A stretch of 63,999 bases of DNA, the filler included, from Trypethelium eluteriae (taxonomy: Eukaryota), in the NCBI GenBank assembly GCA_051942245.1. It is 3 parts of 3 records of this genome, joined end to end, with 100 filler letters (N's around TTAATTAATTAA, not from the genome) between each part and the next. Parts side by side here need not be neighbours in the genome. Positions count along the whole stretch, not along the records: positions 22,098 to 44,073 come from JAVECL010000453.1; 2 more parts are not named here. One strand, given 5' to 3'. Made by a program: the position numbers and the translations under genes. Positions 22,244 to 35,510 of the stretch are shown here, in pieces. Below the pieces are notes generated by a model. That model worked only from the letters and a program-made list of their open reading frames with translations. It did no database searches and was not told where the DNA came from. Each line of letters starts with the position of its first letter. Within the stretch, counting starts at the first letter, position 1.

Positions 22244-24608
22244 ATGAAGCTCTCGACACAGTCTGCAGTACCGGTCTACACCGTTTCCGGCGCCTCGACA
22301 GCACGCCCTTTACCAGAGTGGCTTATTCGAAAGCGAAAAAGAAGTCTCAAGCAAGATCCTGAATTCGCGAATCGCATAGAACTCCTCCAGGATTTTGAAT
22401 TCGAAGAGGCTAGTACTTGTGTGAGGGCGAGTGAAGATGGCAACTGGCTGATGAGCACTGGTACATGAATCCCTTTGAGCATGTGGCGTCAAGGCTTGTG
22501 AGCTGATTTTCGTTGCAGGCACATACAAGCCCCAAATACATACGCACTATTTACCACATTTATCCCTGTCCTTCGCAAGACATACCGACTCATTAAACAA
22601 GACCTTCATCCTTCTATCTTCAGACTATTCCAAGTCCCTTCACCTCCAGACCGATCGCTCTCTCCAATTTCAAACTCCATCAGGATGCCACTACACAACC
22701 AGAATACCTCGCTATGGTCGAGATCTTGCATATGATAAACGTTCCGCTGAGGCTCTCATACCGTCTGTGGGTCTTAACGGCGATGGCTACGGCGAAGTGT
22801 TCCGGCTCAATTTGGAGGTTGGACGATTCATGAAGGGTTATGATATTGATGTTGGTAGTGATGAATCCGCTGTGGAACGGACCGCGTTGCAGGGCGGTGT
22901 GGACGCTGGCAGCGTGAACACTGCTGTCATTGCGGAAGAAAGCCACAACTTGCTCGCATTCGGAACATCGCTTGGCACCGTCGAATTTTGGGATTCGAGA
23001 TCAAGAAGCAGGGTTGCGGTGCTTCCGCGACCACGGGGGACGGGAATGCCGGACGAAAAGGCAGAAATTACAGCTTTAGATTTTCATCATTCGGGATTGA
23101 GCCTAGCAACTGGATCGTCGACCGGCCTCATCTATTTATATGACCTACGATCACCGGTCCCCTTACTTAAGAAAGATCAGGGCTACGGATACCCAATACA
23201 AACCCTAAAGTTTCTCAACCCGACAACAAAGACGAAGGCAGCTACTGCAGAGCCCAAAGTCCTATCTTCCGACAAGCGCATTATCAAGCTTTGGGATCCA
23301 CAAAATGGTCAGCCTTGGACATCTGTCGAACCGGCAGTAGATTTGAATCATGTAACTTGGGTTCCCGATAGCGGCATGCTTCTTACCGCGAATGAAGGTC
23401 GACAGCAACATTCCTTTTTTATACCGCAGCTTGGACCTGCACCGCGCTGGTGCGCGTTCCTGGATAACCTCGTTGAAGAGATGGCTGAGGATGGTGATGA
23501 TCCTAATGCATTTAATAGCCGTCGAAGCGGAGAGATCTATGACAACTACAAGTTCTTGACTATGGAACAGCTAAGAGCTCTCAATCTAGATCATTTAGTA
23601 GGCACGACGTCCCTCCTGCGCCCATATATGCACGGATATTTTGTTGCGCAAAGACTGTACGAGGAGGCGAGACTGATATCAAACCCAAATCTGTGGGAGG
23701 AGAAACGAGCACAGAGTATCCAGCAAAAGATTGAGAAGGAGCGAGAGTCCAGAATTAGGGGAAACAAGAAAGTCTCGGCCAAGGTGAACCGCAAGCTCGC
23801 CGAAAAGCTCATGGCAAGGGAAGAAGCCCACGAACGACGCCGAGCCCGACGCATCATCGAGAAAGGTGGCGGCGAAGGCGAAGACGCAGAAGCCAGCATC
23901 GCTGCAGATGGAACCGACGCAGCCATCGCCGCTGCAAACGGCGAATCGAATCCCGAGAATGAAGAGAAGAAACCCGAACGCAGCAACCTCCTCACCGACA
24001 CCCGCTTCGCCCAGCTGTTTCAAGACGAAGACTTCGCTGTCGATGAAACCAGCCGCGAATTCCAGCTCCTCAACCCCAGCACCAAAGTCGACCCCAATGA
24101 CGCCGGTCTCCGCCCGGCTCGCCGCCTCACCGCCGCCGAGGAAGAAGAGCTCTCGGAACGAGGTGCATCTAGCGATAACGACCATGCATCATCCTCTGAC
24201 TCGGAATCTGAAGCCGAACGCAAGAAAGCCGTGGCGGCAAAGAAGGCGAGGGCGCGTGATGATCGTGACGCAGGACGCATTTCGTCGGCTTCGTATAAGA
24301 AGGCAGGTCATCGGTCTCAGCAACAACGGCCAAGGGCACCGCAGATGGTGGTTTCGTCATCGAATATGAGGAGTGCGCGGCCGGTGCGAGATGCGTCGTT
24401 TGGTGCGCAGGCGGCAGGTTTGGGCTCGGGAGGAGGCAAGAAAGGCGCAGCGAAAAGCCGTAAGGTGGTGGGAGAGAAAGAGGTGACCTTCGCTCCGCAG
24501 AAGAAAGAGAGGATGGGTGCACCGCAAGAGGACCGCGAGAGTTCAGGGAGGAAGATTGGAAGGAAGGATCGGAGGAGTGCGAGTGGAAACGTGTTTCGAA
24601 AGATGTGA
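22244..24608 (+). CDS. ENP2: Ribosome biogenesis protein ENP2/NOL10 (WD40 plus NUC153)
   Basis: RIELLQDFEF, GTYKPQIH (after intron 22461-22518), IPQLGPAPRWCAFLDNLVEE, YDNYKFLT, LLRPYMHGYF and DTRFAQLF motifs. Confidence 0.95.
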
Positions 24609-24818
24609 TGTACACTGTCTGATGACCTAGCCTACTTGATACCCAATTCTCATTGCAAAATGTACAAGACTTATTTCCCCTTCCTGGCGCCGATGAAGTG
24701 CATGCAAAAAGACGCTGAATACCTCCACTACCCTGACATCCAGTCATGTTAACATTATCCCTGGGTCTATATGGCAGGCCTTTTTAATTACAAGAAATGT
24801 TCCTAGATGCATTGCCGA

Positions 24819-27800
24819 TCAAACATAGAAAATCAGCATTATCGTAAAGCTCAGAACGGGTATCAAGTCCCGTAGACATCGCACTTTAGTCCTTCCTGCT
24901 CCAGATGCATCTGCCGGCTGCAGAGTCCCCACTCCGGGTGTCGAACCTGGTAGATTGGCGGTCGTGAAAGCATCCGTCGTTCCGTTAACGACGAGCCCTG
25001 TTGGCGCAAGAGATAATGTCTCTCCGTCTAGCACTGTGCTTGATCCACCAACGGTCAGTGTAATACTGCCGTCAACCACAGCAGTACCGCTCTCGCCATC
25101 GGCTTCACTCGCAGTATGGACGTGACCAGAAACATCGGTGAATATGACGTCTTTACCAGTAGCGCTTGGTGTAGTCGCAGGAGTAAAGGCTTCTGCAGAC
25201 CCATCGACAACGAGTCCGGTGGAAGCGAGCGATAGTGTTTCTCCGTTCATTACTGTACTTGATCCACCAACTATCAACGTCACACTGCCATCAATCACAG
25301 CAGTATTGCTCGCACCACCAGCTTCAACTGCCGTGTGTGTGTGACCAGACGCATCAGTGAAAACGACCTTTTGCTCGCCAGCACCAGACGTAGGGACAGG
25401 GCCATCAACGACGAGCCCACTAGGTGCCAGTGTCACTGTCATTCCGTTCAAGACAGTGTCAGGACCACCAGCCGTGAGCGTCACACTCCCATCAATGACA
25501 GCTGTGCTGCTTTCGCCCATGGCCTCGATAGCGGTATGTTGGTGGCCTTGTCCATCGGTGTAAACAGCTACTTGCCCCGAACTGCTCGGGTAATACGTGC
25601 CGGAGGTGAAAGCATCTGTCTGACCATCCACTACTATTCCACTCGGTGCAAGCGAGACCGTTCGACCGTCGATGACTGTGCCGGGTCCACCAACGCTCAG
25701 GGTGATACTGTTGCTGAGTACAGCTGTGGATGCGCCGTTGGCGGGCTCAACTGCAGTGAACCCCTTGCCTGAGGTGCCCGTGAACGCAGCTTGCTGAGCT
25801 GGGGAATCAGGACCTGCTGCGTTCGGTGGATTACTGAACTGCACAGTGTATTCAGATGTTGACGCGCTTGGTGCGTAGCCAGGCGCAGCAGAGTACGCAA
25901 TGGACGAACCATCAACTACAACACCTGACGGACCGGCACTAATGACCTGTTCACTCACAGTAGCGGCTGGACCACCAGGAGACATGGTTGCGCCGTCTAC
26001 TACGAAAGGCTTTCCGGGCTGTGCAGTATACGTCTGGCCAAGCATTGTAAAGACTGCAGCCGAAGGAGCGGCACCCGCTCCCGGCGACGGCACAGGCATA
26101 GTCGAGCTACTACCAACGATGATTCCTTGCGATCCATTTGAGATCACAGTGCCCGCGACAGTCGTAGCTTGACCTTTACCGATCGAAGCGCCACCAACTA
26201 TGATTCCGCCAGGCGCATTCGGATCAGCAGCAACGGCCTGGCCGCCAATCGAGGTAGCACTTTGTCCTGGTGAGGGTAGGGGCATGGTCAAAGTGCTGCC
26301 AACCACAACCCCATGCGGTCCATTTGAGATGGCTGTTCCACCAACTGTAGCAGCTCCACCCGGAGACACTGAACTGCCCCCAACAATGATTCCTCCAGGA
26401 ACGGCCGGATCAGCAGAAACAGGTTGACCTCCGACTGATGGATCTCCTCCGCCGGACACCACAGGGAGCAAGTTTTGTCCAGCTGCAGGGGACGCTCCTC
26501 CACCAGCACCGCTACCTTCTGGGATAGCCGGATCGGCCGAACCAGGCTGACCCCCACCAACCGGATTCCCTCCGTTCGAATCAGCAGGTGGAGCGCTCTG
26601 CTCTGGCGATGGGGATACTCCTGGAACATTCGTCGCGCCAGCAGAAGCTCCAGGAGAGCCATCTCCTAGACCACCTCCAGCTCCAGCTCCAGCACCAGAG
26701 TTTGCAGCTGGCTGCGCTGGAACCTGAGGATCAGAGCCCGAGTCTCCACCTGGCGGAGCACCGTGTCCAGCCACAATGGACGGGATAGCGCCAGCGATAT
26801 TGTTGCCAGGCGGCGCGCTTGGATTTGACTGTGGGTCCGAGGGATCAGAACCTCCTACGTTTGGTGCTGCGGGTGGCGGGTTGTTGCTTGTTGGACTGGC
26901 CGAAGGGTCACCACCACCACCACCACCTGCTAAAATGGAAGGCATGATGGCTCCAGGATTGTTGGTCGGTGGACCGTTGCCATTTCCTCCTGCAACTGCG
27001 GGGTCAGGGGCAGTAGGGCTGGGATTTGAGCCAGCTGGGTCGTTTGGCGAGGGCGCATTTGGCGTAGCAGGTCCTGGGTTAGGACTATTTGAAGGAGGAT
27101 CGTTTGGAGCAGGATCGTTTGGAGCAGGATCGTTTGGAGCAGGATCGTTTGGAGCAGGATCGTTTGGAGCAGGATCGTTTGGAGCAGGATCGTTTGGAGC
27201 AGGATCGTTTGGAGTAGGGTCGTTTGAAGCAGGATCGTTTGGAGATGAAGGTGACCCTTGAGGTTGACTAGGGATAGGAGCCCTAGGGTCACCTGTTTGG
27301 CTGGGCTGTTGTGAATATGGGGCTGATGCTGGAGTCGCAGGAGTTGCCGATGGGACCGGATCAGATGGAGTCGGCGCTGCTGCGAATGGAGCCTGTTGTA
27401 AGGCGTATGGAGGGTCGTATTGTCCTCGTATGTCTGCTACGCAGTTTGACCACAGAGGGTCAATCCCTTGCAGAATAGTCGATGGGACATCTAGTTTCTC
27501 AAATAAGCTTCTGTTGCTCAGCCCTAAAGCCGCATTTGACTTACCTAAGATGGGTGCATAAGCGCCCGTCCTTGGACATGTGAGATTCGACGTCCATGCT
27601 CCAGATGGATTGGCCTGGTTCAGTGCGAGATAAGATCCGGTCCACGAAGCGCATTGAGGCTGTCGATTATAGATACTCTGTGGAACAGGAGTATTCAGAT
27701 CCGTATAATTGAAGGGCGCCGTACCGTCAGTGATCATGCCCCAGGTCTGGTAGATGCTAGAAAGTTGTGCCGGGTCAGAAAGTGGCACAATGGTTGTACT

Positions 27801-29285
27801 GTGTGTTGTTCCAAGCTCTCCGCAAGAATCGGACGCAAAGATATTTTGATACGAGATATACACAGTGGGTGAGATGAAACTGGTCCCAAAGGCAAAGGCA
27901 GTCACAGGGCTTTCTGGAGAGTTTGCCCGAGCTGTTGTTGAATTGAGCACGCCAGTCTCCGGCACAGGCCAGTAAAGCAAGCGGACTGTTCCTCCGGTGA
28001 TCGCACATGGACCGCAGCCAATACTACAGCCAGGTGCCAGGATGGAAGCAGATGGCCAGTATGCAGATACGGAGATCGATCCATTCGGAGCAACGGATTC
28101 GGTCGATTGGTAGCCGAGTGACAAGTAAGGGTTGGGATTGCCTCCAGCAGGGTCATCGCCTGCATTTGCACCACGCCAGCTCGAGATATACTGGTCGTAG
28201 AAGATAGAACATGCAGCAGAACCCACAGAGGCCTGGGAACAGCTTGGTGCATTACGCTGTAGACTGTTCAACATTGAGTACTCTGAGTAGGCGCTTGAAA
28301 CAGCTTGAGAACACGAGCTATCAAGAGAAGTACCCGTGCAATCGGCCGTATTCGGTATCACTGAGGACGTCTGAACCGATGCGTAGTTATCCCAAAGCGA
28401 TTGACACTGCGGAACAACGTCCGGAAGCTTGCACTGAGGAGTCATAATGCTAATGTGAGGAGTAGTAATGTATACGCTAGATCCTTCTCTCACAGTATCT
28501 GTGTAAGACTCTGTGTACGTCTTGTGCTGCTGTCCAGGGAACGATTCTATTCTTGTCCATGTGCTTGTAGACGTAGCAGTCAGATAGGTAAATCCATTAG
28601 CGCTTGCCGTCTCGCTCAACGTCCAAGTCTCTACTTCTGTACTGGTGTATGCCGGTTCGAATGGATCTGTGATGACTTCCGTGTACGATGTTATTCGGGT
28701 TGAGGTGGCGGAATTAGTCACAGTCTGAACTGCATTTTCAGACCCATTCAAGGACCAAAAAGACATCCAATCCGACCAGCAGTTTCCAGAATCAAAACTG
28801 GCATTAGCCGATATATTTGCAGGGAGGATCGTTGTATGCGAGAGGCTTGATGGTGATGCTCGAGCCAGTGTGCTGGTCTTGTTCTTCGAATAGGACGGAG
28901 AGGAAACGGAGGAATTCCCGCTGTTGATAGGAGTGCTCGCGGCTACAAGATCGGTTTGGCCATTCTCAGTAGAAGACGATACGTCCGAGGATTTACTGAT
29001 TCCTAATCCGCTGGCAATGTAACTTCCAAGACCACCGGCACCAGAAGAAGCGGCTGTGCCAGAGCTCACAATTTGTGTACTGGACCGAATACTTGAAGAG
29101 GCCGAGGGAGAGATAGACGGAGATATTTGCCTAAGACTGGTCGCATTTTGGGCTGCTGAAACAGTGCCGTTCAGGCCTTGACCGAGCCTGGAGAAGGAGG
29201 GGCCCCCATTGCTTGATGCGATGGAGAGGGCGACCTCGGGCAAGACCAAAGACAACGAGAGCAGGACTGCATGAAGATGGTTCAT
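24819..29285 (-). CDS. Large secreted Ser/Thr/Pro-rich cell-surface protein with Cys-rich domain, Gly/Thr/Val repeats and GPI-like tail (paralog A)
   Basis: Signal peptide [16 protein letters not shown]; Cys-rich core; PNDPA repeats; repeated TLxxGGxxTVxDGxTxSLAxxGxVVDG units; hydrophobic C-terminus. Probable in-frame intron 27491-27544. Confidence 0.85.
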   Translation of the reverse strand: MNHLHAVLLSLSLVLPEVALSIASSNGGPSFSRLGQGLNGTVSAAQNATSLRQISPSISPSASSSIRSSTQIVSSGTAASSGAGGLGSYIASGLGISKSSDVSSSTENGQTDLVAASTPINSGNSSVSSPSYSKNKTSTLARASPSSLSHTTILPANISANASFDSGNCWSDWMSFWSLNGSENAVQTVTNSATSTRITSYTEVITDPFEPAYTSTEVETWTLSETASANGFTYLTATSTSTWTRIESFPGQQHKTYTESYTDTVREGSSVYITTPHISIMTPQCKLPDVVPQCQSLWDNYASVQTSSVIPNTADCTGTSLDSSCSQAVSSAYSEYSMLNSLQRNAPSCSQASVGSAACSIFYDQYISSWRGANAGDDPAGGNPNPYLSLGYQSTESVAPNGSISVSAYWPSASILAPGCSIGCGPCAITGGTVRLLYWPVPETGVLNSTTARANSPESPVTAFAFGTSFISPTVYISYQNIFASDSCGELGTTHSTTIVPLSDPAQLSSIYQTWGMITDGTAPFNYTDLNTPVPQSIYNRQPQCASWTGSYLALNQANPSGAWTSNLTCPRTGAYAPILGKSNAALGLSNRSLFEKLDVPSTILQGIDPLWSNCVADIRGQYDPPYALQQAPFAAAPTPSDPVPSATPATPASAPYSQQPSQTGDPRAPIPSQPQGSPSSPNDPASNDPTPNDPAPNDPAPNDPAPNDPAPNDPAPNDPAPNDPAPNDPPSNSPNPGPATPNAPSPNDPAGSNPSPTAPDPAVAGGNGNGPPTNNPGAIMPSILAGGGGGGDPSASPTSNNPPPAAPNVGGSDPSDPQSNPSAPPGNNIAGAIPSIVAGHGAPPGGDSGSDPQVPAQPAANSGAGAGAGGGLGDGSPGASAGATNVPGVSPSPEQSAPPADSNGGNPVGGGQPGSADPAIPEGSGAGGGASPAAGQNLLPVVSGGGDPSVGGQPVSADPAVPGGIIVGGSSVSPGGAATVGGTAISNGPHGVVVGSTLTMPLPSPGQSATSIGGQAVAADPNAPGGIIVGGASIGKGQATTVAGTVISNGSQGIIVGSSSTMPVPSPGAGAAPSAAVFTMLGQTYTAQPGKPFVVDGATMSPGGPAATVSEQVISAGPSGVVVDGSSIAYSAAPGYAPSASTSEYTVQFSNPPNAAGPDSPAQQAAFTGTSGKGFTAVEPANGASTAVLSNSITLSVGGPGTVIDGRTVSLAPSGIVVDGQTDAFTSGTYYPSSSGQVAVYTDGQGHQHTAIEAMGESSTAVIDGSVTLTAGGPDTVLNGMTVTLAPSGLVVDGPVPTSGAGEQKVVFTDASGHTHTAVEAGGASNTAVIDGSVTLIVGGSSTVMNGETLSLASTGLVVDGSAEAFTPATTPSATGKDVIFTDVSGHVHTASEADGESGTAVVDGSITLTVGGSSTVLDGETLSLAPTGLVVNGTTDAFTTANLPGSTPGVGTLQPADASGAGRTKVRCLRDLIPVLSFTIMLIFYV
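27091..27240. repeat. Coding minisatellite, 10 x 15 bp (GGAGCAGGATCGTTT), encoding PNDPA repeats on the minus strand
   Basis: Seven identical central units (27106-27210) flanked by three variant units. Confidence 0.95.
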
Positions 29286-30021
29286 CGCAGTCTTGACGAA
29301 AAGAGGGTTTTAGAGAAACTAACGACAAAGAGTAGTCTCATGAACGACGCGTGACAAAACACGAAATACCCCTACGAGAGTGGAGCAAGAGAGAGAAGTC
29401 TCATGTCTCCGTATAAAGACTTCGGGCAAGCTGAGAAGTCAAACCTACTGCTATTGCAGCTTCCCACAGGATTTCTCTCTACGCACAGATGCAGAAAACG
29501 CCTGCTGTCTTTGCGGCACAGGTGGCACGGGAGTCGGATGCTCCAGCACCCAAGGTGAGCTTGAAGCCGGCCCATCGTCTACTAGGTTCTGGAAGACAGC
29601 AGTGGTCAGTGATTGGCAAGTTGAGAGGCAGTGCATGGAGGGCCGGTGCGGCTCAGTTAGAGAGAGCGCGAACTAAGATGAGCTGAGGGTCAAGGGATGA
29701 AGGAGTGGAGAGTAGAGCGGCTAAAAGCGATGTTGATTCGTTGAGACCCTTGCCACTCCGGCTCTCCTTCGTGCTAATTGATCCTTCACATCCTATTAAT
29801 GACAAACCCAGGAGCTAAACTTTAGACTCTTAACCGGACCAGACAGAACGCCGAATCAACCGGCAAAGCACGACAACCCTTGCGTCCAGGAGGAAAGTCG
29901 AGCGAAACGGTAGTAGATGTCATGTGTTTCATGCTGTGCCTCTGTATCTAATTACCTAATCAATTAAGGTTCGAGATCCAGGCTAGGATAAAACCTGTAA
30001 TATCCGTCATTCACATCTTTC

Positions 30022-30660
30022 TCACTCTTCGACCAAAAGTTCCGTTGCAAGCCCGTCTAACTCTACCATTGGCGACTGGTTCAAGAGCTCCACCGTGATC
30101 TCCGTCTTTCCAAATCTCGCCGCCAAATCTGCGACCTCACCCTTCGCGTACCAGTGCACATGAAATGGACTGTCCGGTGGATTTCGCATCACGATCTTGT
30201 ATCTCTGCCCCGCTTCCAGCAACGACAACTTTGTCCCACAGACATTCAGATAATGCAAAGGGTCTGCGGCTGCGACAGCTTCTTCCTCGGCATCTGATGG
30301 AGCAGGAGCTGAGCTACTTGGTCCCAGCATGATGTTCCTTGAAACGGTCCTGTCCGTGTACAAAGTCAGCGACTCATCGTTGGCAAGATTGATTGTTGCT
30401 GTGGGTGCTCGAAGTCCATGCGCTTTTGGCGAGCGGAGCCTCACTCCTGTCTGCGCGTTTTCGAGTACCCAGAAGCTTCCATATGGCGGTTGCACAGTGT
30501 TCAGAAAGCTAGATGGACAATACAAGGTGAGTGGCTCGGTCGAATTGATAAGGCGGAGGTGGAGTGTGAGGATTATAGCGTGCCTTGTGGGATTAGACAA
30601 CGAGAGTGAGGTTGGTTCCAGACTTGTAGAGGCCAGAATGGTGGGTAAGTCCGAGGGCAT
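30022..30660 (-). CDS. Hypothetical protein, 212 aa
   Basis: Intact intronless ORF from ATG 30660 (MPSDLPTIL) with globular-looking composition; no family recognised. Confidence 0.65.
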   Translation of the reverse strand: MPSDLPTILASTSLEPTSLSLSNPTRHAIILTLHLRLINSTEPLTLYCPSSFLNTVQPPYGSFWVLENAQTGVRLRSPKAHGLRAPTATINLANDESLTLYTDRTVSRNIMLGPSSSAPAPSDAEEEAVAAADPLHYLNVCGTKLSLLEAGQRYKIVMRNPPDSPFHVHWYAKGEVADLAARFGKTEITVELLNQSPMVELDGLATELLVEE

Positions 30661-31345
30661 GGCGGCGTTCAAAAATATTTAAGCAATCTTCTATCAAGAG
30701 GTGAAATTGCGTAAGGAATTGTATCGACTTGAAGATGGACGACGAGGCAGCAACTAGGTAGGCAGCCGTACACAGCCTCATATCTCGCAGGTGAATACAG
30801 CAATTCACCATCGTCGGAGGATAACATTTCCTGCCGTCCGGATCGCTCGCGCTATTAGAGTCGCTCGAGCAGGTGCTGCCAAGCCTGAGCACAATGCCTG
30901 TATAAAAGGTCCACTAGTGGGCGTCTGCTGAAACTTCTCACGGCGCTCATTTCTGTGTCCGCTTCTGCTTTCTCCAGTCTGGACGTTTAGCTTGTCTTGA
31001 GAGGATGGATGATCCTGGGTTCCCTGCAGGTTCTCTTGAATCAAATCTTATTCTTGCTTACTATGGCCTCAGCCGCGGCTACATTCGCCTACTGTGCCAC
31101 AGTCGCAGCTACAATGGCCTACTGTGCCACATGCAGCTGCATACTCTACAGTCCGTATGATCCGACACTAGAGACAAAACATCCAAAACCTTAGTCTTTC
31201 GTTTCTCTTCTCCTTTTTTTTTTTAGCGTTACACGACAATTCAGATGTAAGTGTAAGGCTTGAAGAGTGTCTCCCTCGTTTAGTGTGTATCAACACCTTC
31301 TCCCGTCTTTTGTTGTTACCCGTGTTTGGCGGAAGTGAACCTACC

Positions 31346-34300
31346 ATGCCATGCCTTGCAGGTGGTATTCCATCCGCGCTTCTTTGCTTTGCACTTTCGA
31401 ATTTGGCGCTGAGTATCCAGCCAACTATTGCATATTTGAACAGTAGGTGTCATCTTGGTGCTTAGATATCTGTGGCATCTTCGCTTATCAGTCTAACCTT
31501 CTCTTTAGACTCGACCAACTTGACATCTACTTCATCCGGAAGTCTCGCTTTATCGTCTGGCAGTGAGCCTTCTACAGGGATTGGTAGCCTCATATTCAAA
31601 GGATTAGGCTCATCGGCTTCGAGTGCGTCTCCATCTTCAATATCATGTCCATCCACAACTGGACCCTGGACATTAGGACCGAACTCCACAGTCGTATCTG
31701 TTGCGCCAAAGGGCATCGGCATATCATATGCGCAACTGTGCGAAGAAGTACACCAATGGTGGAGCACGCTTTCAATGAGAGAATCGAGCTTGCAAACTGT
31801 ACCCTATACAGTGACTGGCACCAACTACACGGCAAGCATCACTACCTTATGCGATGGCAAGCCCAGACTTGTGGGTCATCTCACTCCGACTGCGACAGTA
31901 ACATACACGGAGACCTCCAATTTCTTCCTTGTTCCCTCACCGTCTCCAACCTGTACGGTTCAACCATCAGACTGTGCTTACATTTGGTCTGTTTACAGTA
32001 GTGCCACCAACCACTTTGGCACTCAAAACTCCTTGGATGAAGCTGTTCGAACCCTTATATTCTTCGACTCCTCTTCCACAGCTCTCACAATAATGTCTCC
32101 AAAAGGTACTGGGCTCGGCACGTCCACTATTACTGAACCTGCACCAGGGACTCCACCTATCCTGACTCTCAACGCCACCACGTACACCGCAACGAATGGC
32201 ACTTATACTGTGTTTGGATCCACGTTAACTGCTGACGATCAAATCTCGGTCTACCCAGCTTGTTATTCCCCAGTAGACCTTCCGTGGAAACCAAACTGTA
32301 CAACCACTGTCGACTTTCATTCTACTGCAACTTACAATAGTAGTTGTGGCTCATGTATGATCTATGGTGGTAACGTCCGCCTGATGTACTTTCCTGTGAC
32401 AGCAAACATGTCCCGAAATATTTGCAGTGCAAGCACTCGGCCTCTATCTGTTTGCCCCTTTGGACCTACTACTGCATCATTTTCCTCAGTAGATAGTCCT
32501 TACGACCCAGCACCTTGCAACTACGCCCCAATTAATGAGATTCTTCCACCTGATGAAGGTCCATACGATGTGGTGGATAGCACAACATTCTGGGCGAACA
32601 AGGCGTACATCTCCCTTGCAAGAGTTTACGCATCTGGTTCTTGCGGCTACGTTGGTGCACAACACACTTCAACCATTCTTACCCTAAAGTCGTCCGATAT
32701 CTACAGCGTCTGGGGCTATCACCACGACTTTATTGATGCCGCCTACTCCTATAACTTTGAAGACCTCAACTCCCCTATTCCTGCTGCCGCATATCCCTAC
32801 TTTGGTGGCGGTCCTTGCTCCGCTCCCCTCTCAGAGTATAGCAAATGGAACTGGCCCAACGCTGTCAACAACGGGGAGGGCGATCCTTGCCTCACTATCG
32901 TACAAGACGCTGTCCAGCAGACCCTCGCGGTCCCTCCTCAACTTCGTTCCATTGACCCGCAATGGGCTCATTGCGCCCTCGATCTCCTCGGTCTCTATGA
33001 TCCTCCCTATGCCCTCACTCAGGCCGGGTTCGCGGCTGCGCCAGTCTCCAGTGCCGACCCGGCTCCAAGTTCCAGTGCCCAGCCCGCACCGGTCCCGACG
33101 CCTCAACCAAACAGCGCGCCTCAGACAAGTACAGCGGACCCGCCTTCTACGCAAACGAACAAGCCGAATTCGGCCAAACCGGTGTCTTCAAATGAGCCAG
33201 CTCGAGGTTCAGCTCCGGTCCCGGCTCCAACGTCAGTCCTAAACTCAGAAGATCCAAAGGATTCTCCACCGAGTAGCGTGAATGTGGGCAGCATCGTCCC
33301 TTCAATTCTGGGTGGCGGAGATGGTGGAGATAGCGGTGCCAGCAGCCAGCAAGGCGGAAGTGGAAATGCCAAGAGCGAAGTAGCGTCGACGCCTGCGCCT
33401 ATCTCGATGACAACTAATGGCCAATCGGATGACTCTAATTTGGGAGCCATTACTTCGAGACTGGAAGGGGGCGGAGATCCGAATGCAGCCTCTGGCTCAG
33501 GCCTGAGTACACGTCCAGGTCCGGTGTTTTCAGGGTCAGATTTAGGCCATGCTTCTTCCGACCCAGGTTCAAACACAAATCCTAGCTCGGGAAGTAATGG
33601 AGATCCAGGAGCTACTCGTTCAGGTTCGGACTCTGATCCTTCAGGTGATCCAATTTCGAGCTTGAACCCAGGTTCGGACGAAGGAGATCCACTTGCCTCT
33701 GGTTCAGGCATGGGACTAGGATCTGGATCAAACCTAGGTTCAGGCGCCCCCGATCCGACCGATGCGAGTGCAGATATCACGGCCTCAGCCCCGAACCCAG
33801 AAGCGTCAGGATCAGGAGGAAGTTTCAGTACAAACTCAGAATCTTCTAGCCCAGGCTCAGAACCTTCCGATTCAAGATTCATCTTCAGTTCACGCCCCGT
33901 CGTCAGCGGAGGAGCCACTTCCATATCCGCTGCACTTGACGGCTCCAATGGCGTCATCATCGAAGGCTCGATGTATCAACCCGGTCAATCTGCCACTTTG
34001 CGAAACACCCCTATCTCTATCGGAACTGACGCAATCATTGTCCCTGGCACAAATGGGGCCCCCGCAGGCACAATAAGTATTCTTTCCGCAGCGAACGGCG
34101 GCTCGGAAATTGAAACTACCAGTAGCTCTTCAGGCAGATCCGGCGCTATCTTCTATGCCGGGGGCATTGCATATACCGCTACGCCTCTTCCAGGCTCCAA
34201 TGAGGCAGTCTCTATCGGAGGCAAGACAATCTCTGCTGGTGGTGCCCCCGCAACACTTCTCAATGGACAGATCTTCTCCGCAGCTCCGTCCGGTATCGTC

Positions 34301-35002
34301 ATCCTTGGGGGAGCCTCAGCTGGCTCTCAAGCCTCTACCGTTGCTTATTTGGATCTTGCTGGTTCTGGCCCTGATACCGTCGCAGCGGTAGCAACCGGTG
34401 TCATTATAACAGCCGCCAACGGCCAGTCCTTTACCGCGCAATCCTCCGCCGGTCGTATCACAATTGATGGCCATACCCTCGTTCCCGGCGGTGTCGCTGT
34501 GACGCTTCCAAATAGCCAGGTCGTCAGCGCGGATGCTTCCGGTCTTGTCGTCGGCACAGGCACTGCTGCGATTGCTGAGACGTACTCTTCACTTCCTGCT
34601 TCAAGCTTCAGCACCACCATAGCAGACTTCTCGGAAGCGGTTGTCACGCTAGGCGGATCGGCTATGACTGTGTCCGAAATGGATAACTCTGGTATTGCGA
34701 TCCTTAATGGGCACACACTATCTCCTGGTGGAACAGCAGCAACCATTGATGGTATGATTGTGTCGGTGGAGAATTCGGGGGTGGTCGTTGGCGACGCCAG
34801 GGGAAGGAGTACCTCAGTCGCTTATTCTGCTGCTGTCACCAGTACATCTACTACCACGCCGGCCGGGAGTGTGGAGAATTCGGCAGGTGGTAGTCCAGTG
34901 GCACAAACAACAAGTGGAGCTTCTGAGCTGAGACACAAGGTATTGGGGAGAGCGCTTGTATTGGCATTTGCCGGGATCGTCGTGATTGTGTTTTTTTCTT
35001 GA
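31346..35002 (+). CDS. Large secreted Ser/Thr/Pro-rich cell-surface protein with Cys-rich domain and GPI-like tail (paralog B)
   Basis: ATG 31346 gives a signal peptide (MPCLAGGIPSALLCFALSNLAL). Intron 31443-31508 (GTAGGT..CTAAC..TAG) removes the in-frame stop. Shares CxIxGGxVRL, DLNxPxP and IDPxWxxC..G.YDPPYAL motifs with paralog A. Confidence 0.85.
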
Positions 35003-35174
35003 AATGAGGGTCGCTGGTTAATTCATTTTCATACCTTACCATTCGGCCACACTGATCGCGTGCTCCTGCCGCGGGAGCTTGACCCCTTCTGAAAAGCATG
35101 CAGCGATTGCAACGCTTTTCAAAGTGCCTTCCTTTGCTGGCATCCAGTACTACAACTAATACTGGCGATTGCAG

Positions 35175-35374
35175 CCAACGCCAAGAGTTCCGGGCTACAC
35201 GGATGCTTCGTGGGACTTCCTGAACACCCCTGGAGGAAGCTTCGATTGCAAATTGATCCAGATTCTTATAAGTGGGCTTTTAACAATGGAACCAGAATTC
35301 GAGATGAGGATATCGAGCTGACCAAGGCGGCCCAAGCGCTGTGCACTGCAGCGATGGAGTACACGAGTTCGTAG
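35175..35374 (+). pseudogene. Possible orphan last exon of a lost gene (frameshifted)
   Basis: CTAAT..CAG acceptor, then PTPRVPGYTDASWDFLNTPGGSFDCKLIQILISGLLTMEPEF, continuing in a shifted frame as DEDIELTKAAQALCTAAMEY*. It reads like the C-terminus of a fungal hypothetical protein family, from recollection only. Confidence 0.25.
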
Positions 35375-35510
35375 ATCCGAGATGTCAGAACAACATTCTT
35401 GTTGCACTAGCCTAGTTGGATCGGCGGAATATTATAGAGATGCAGAGTCAAGTTCGCTGGACCTAGCGTGGGTCGAATGTTTTTAGTAAAGCTTCAATTC
35501 AAACCACGCA

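Noticed and set aside
27091..27240. Regular repeats as a CRISPR array (also the 126-bp units at 63620-63999)
   Set aside because: Head-to-tail coding repeats without unique spacers, in a eukaryotic genome with no cas genes.
26930..27292. LQTIL-repeat ORF and other alternate-frame or antisense ORFs (e.g. 23591-24747, 33121-33960, 38407-39069, 40064-40962)
   Set aside because: Shadows of real genes caused by repeats and codon bias.
31074..31133. 30-bp tandem duplication upstream of paralog B, and short repeats at about 38001-38028 and 38245-38270
   Set aside because: Two or three copies of short units, typical slippage products with no sign of function.
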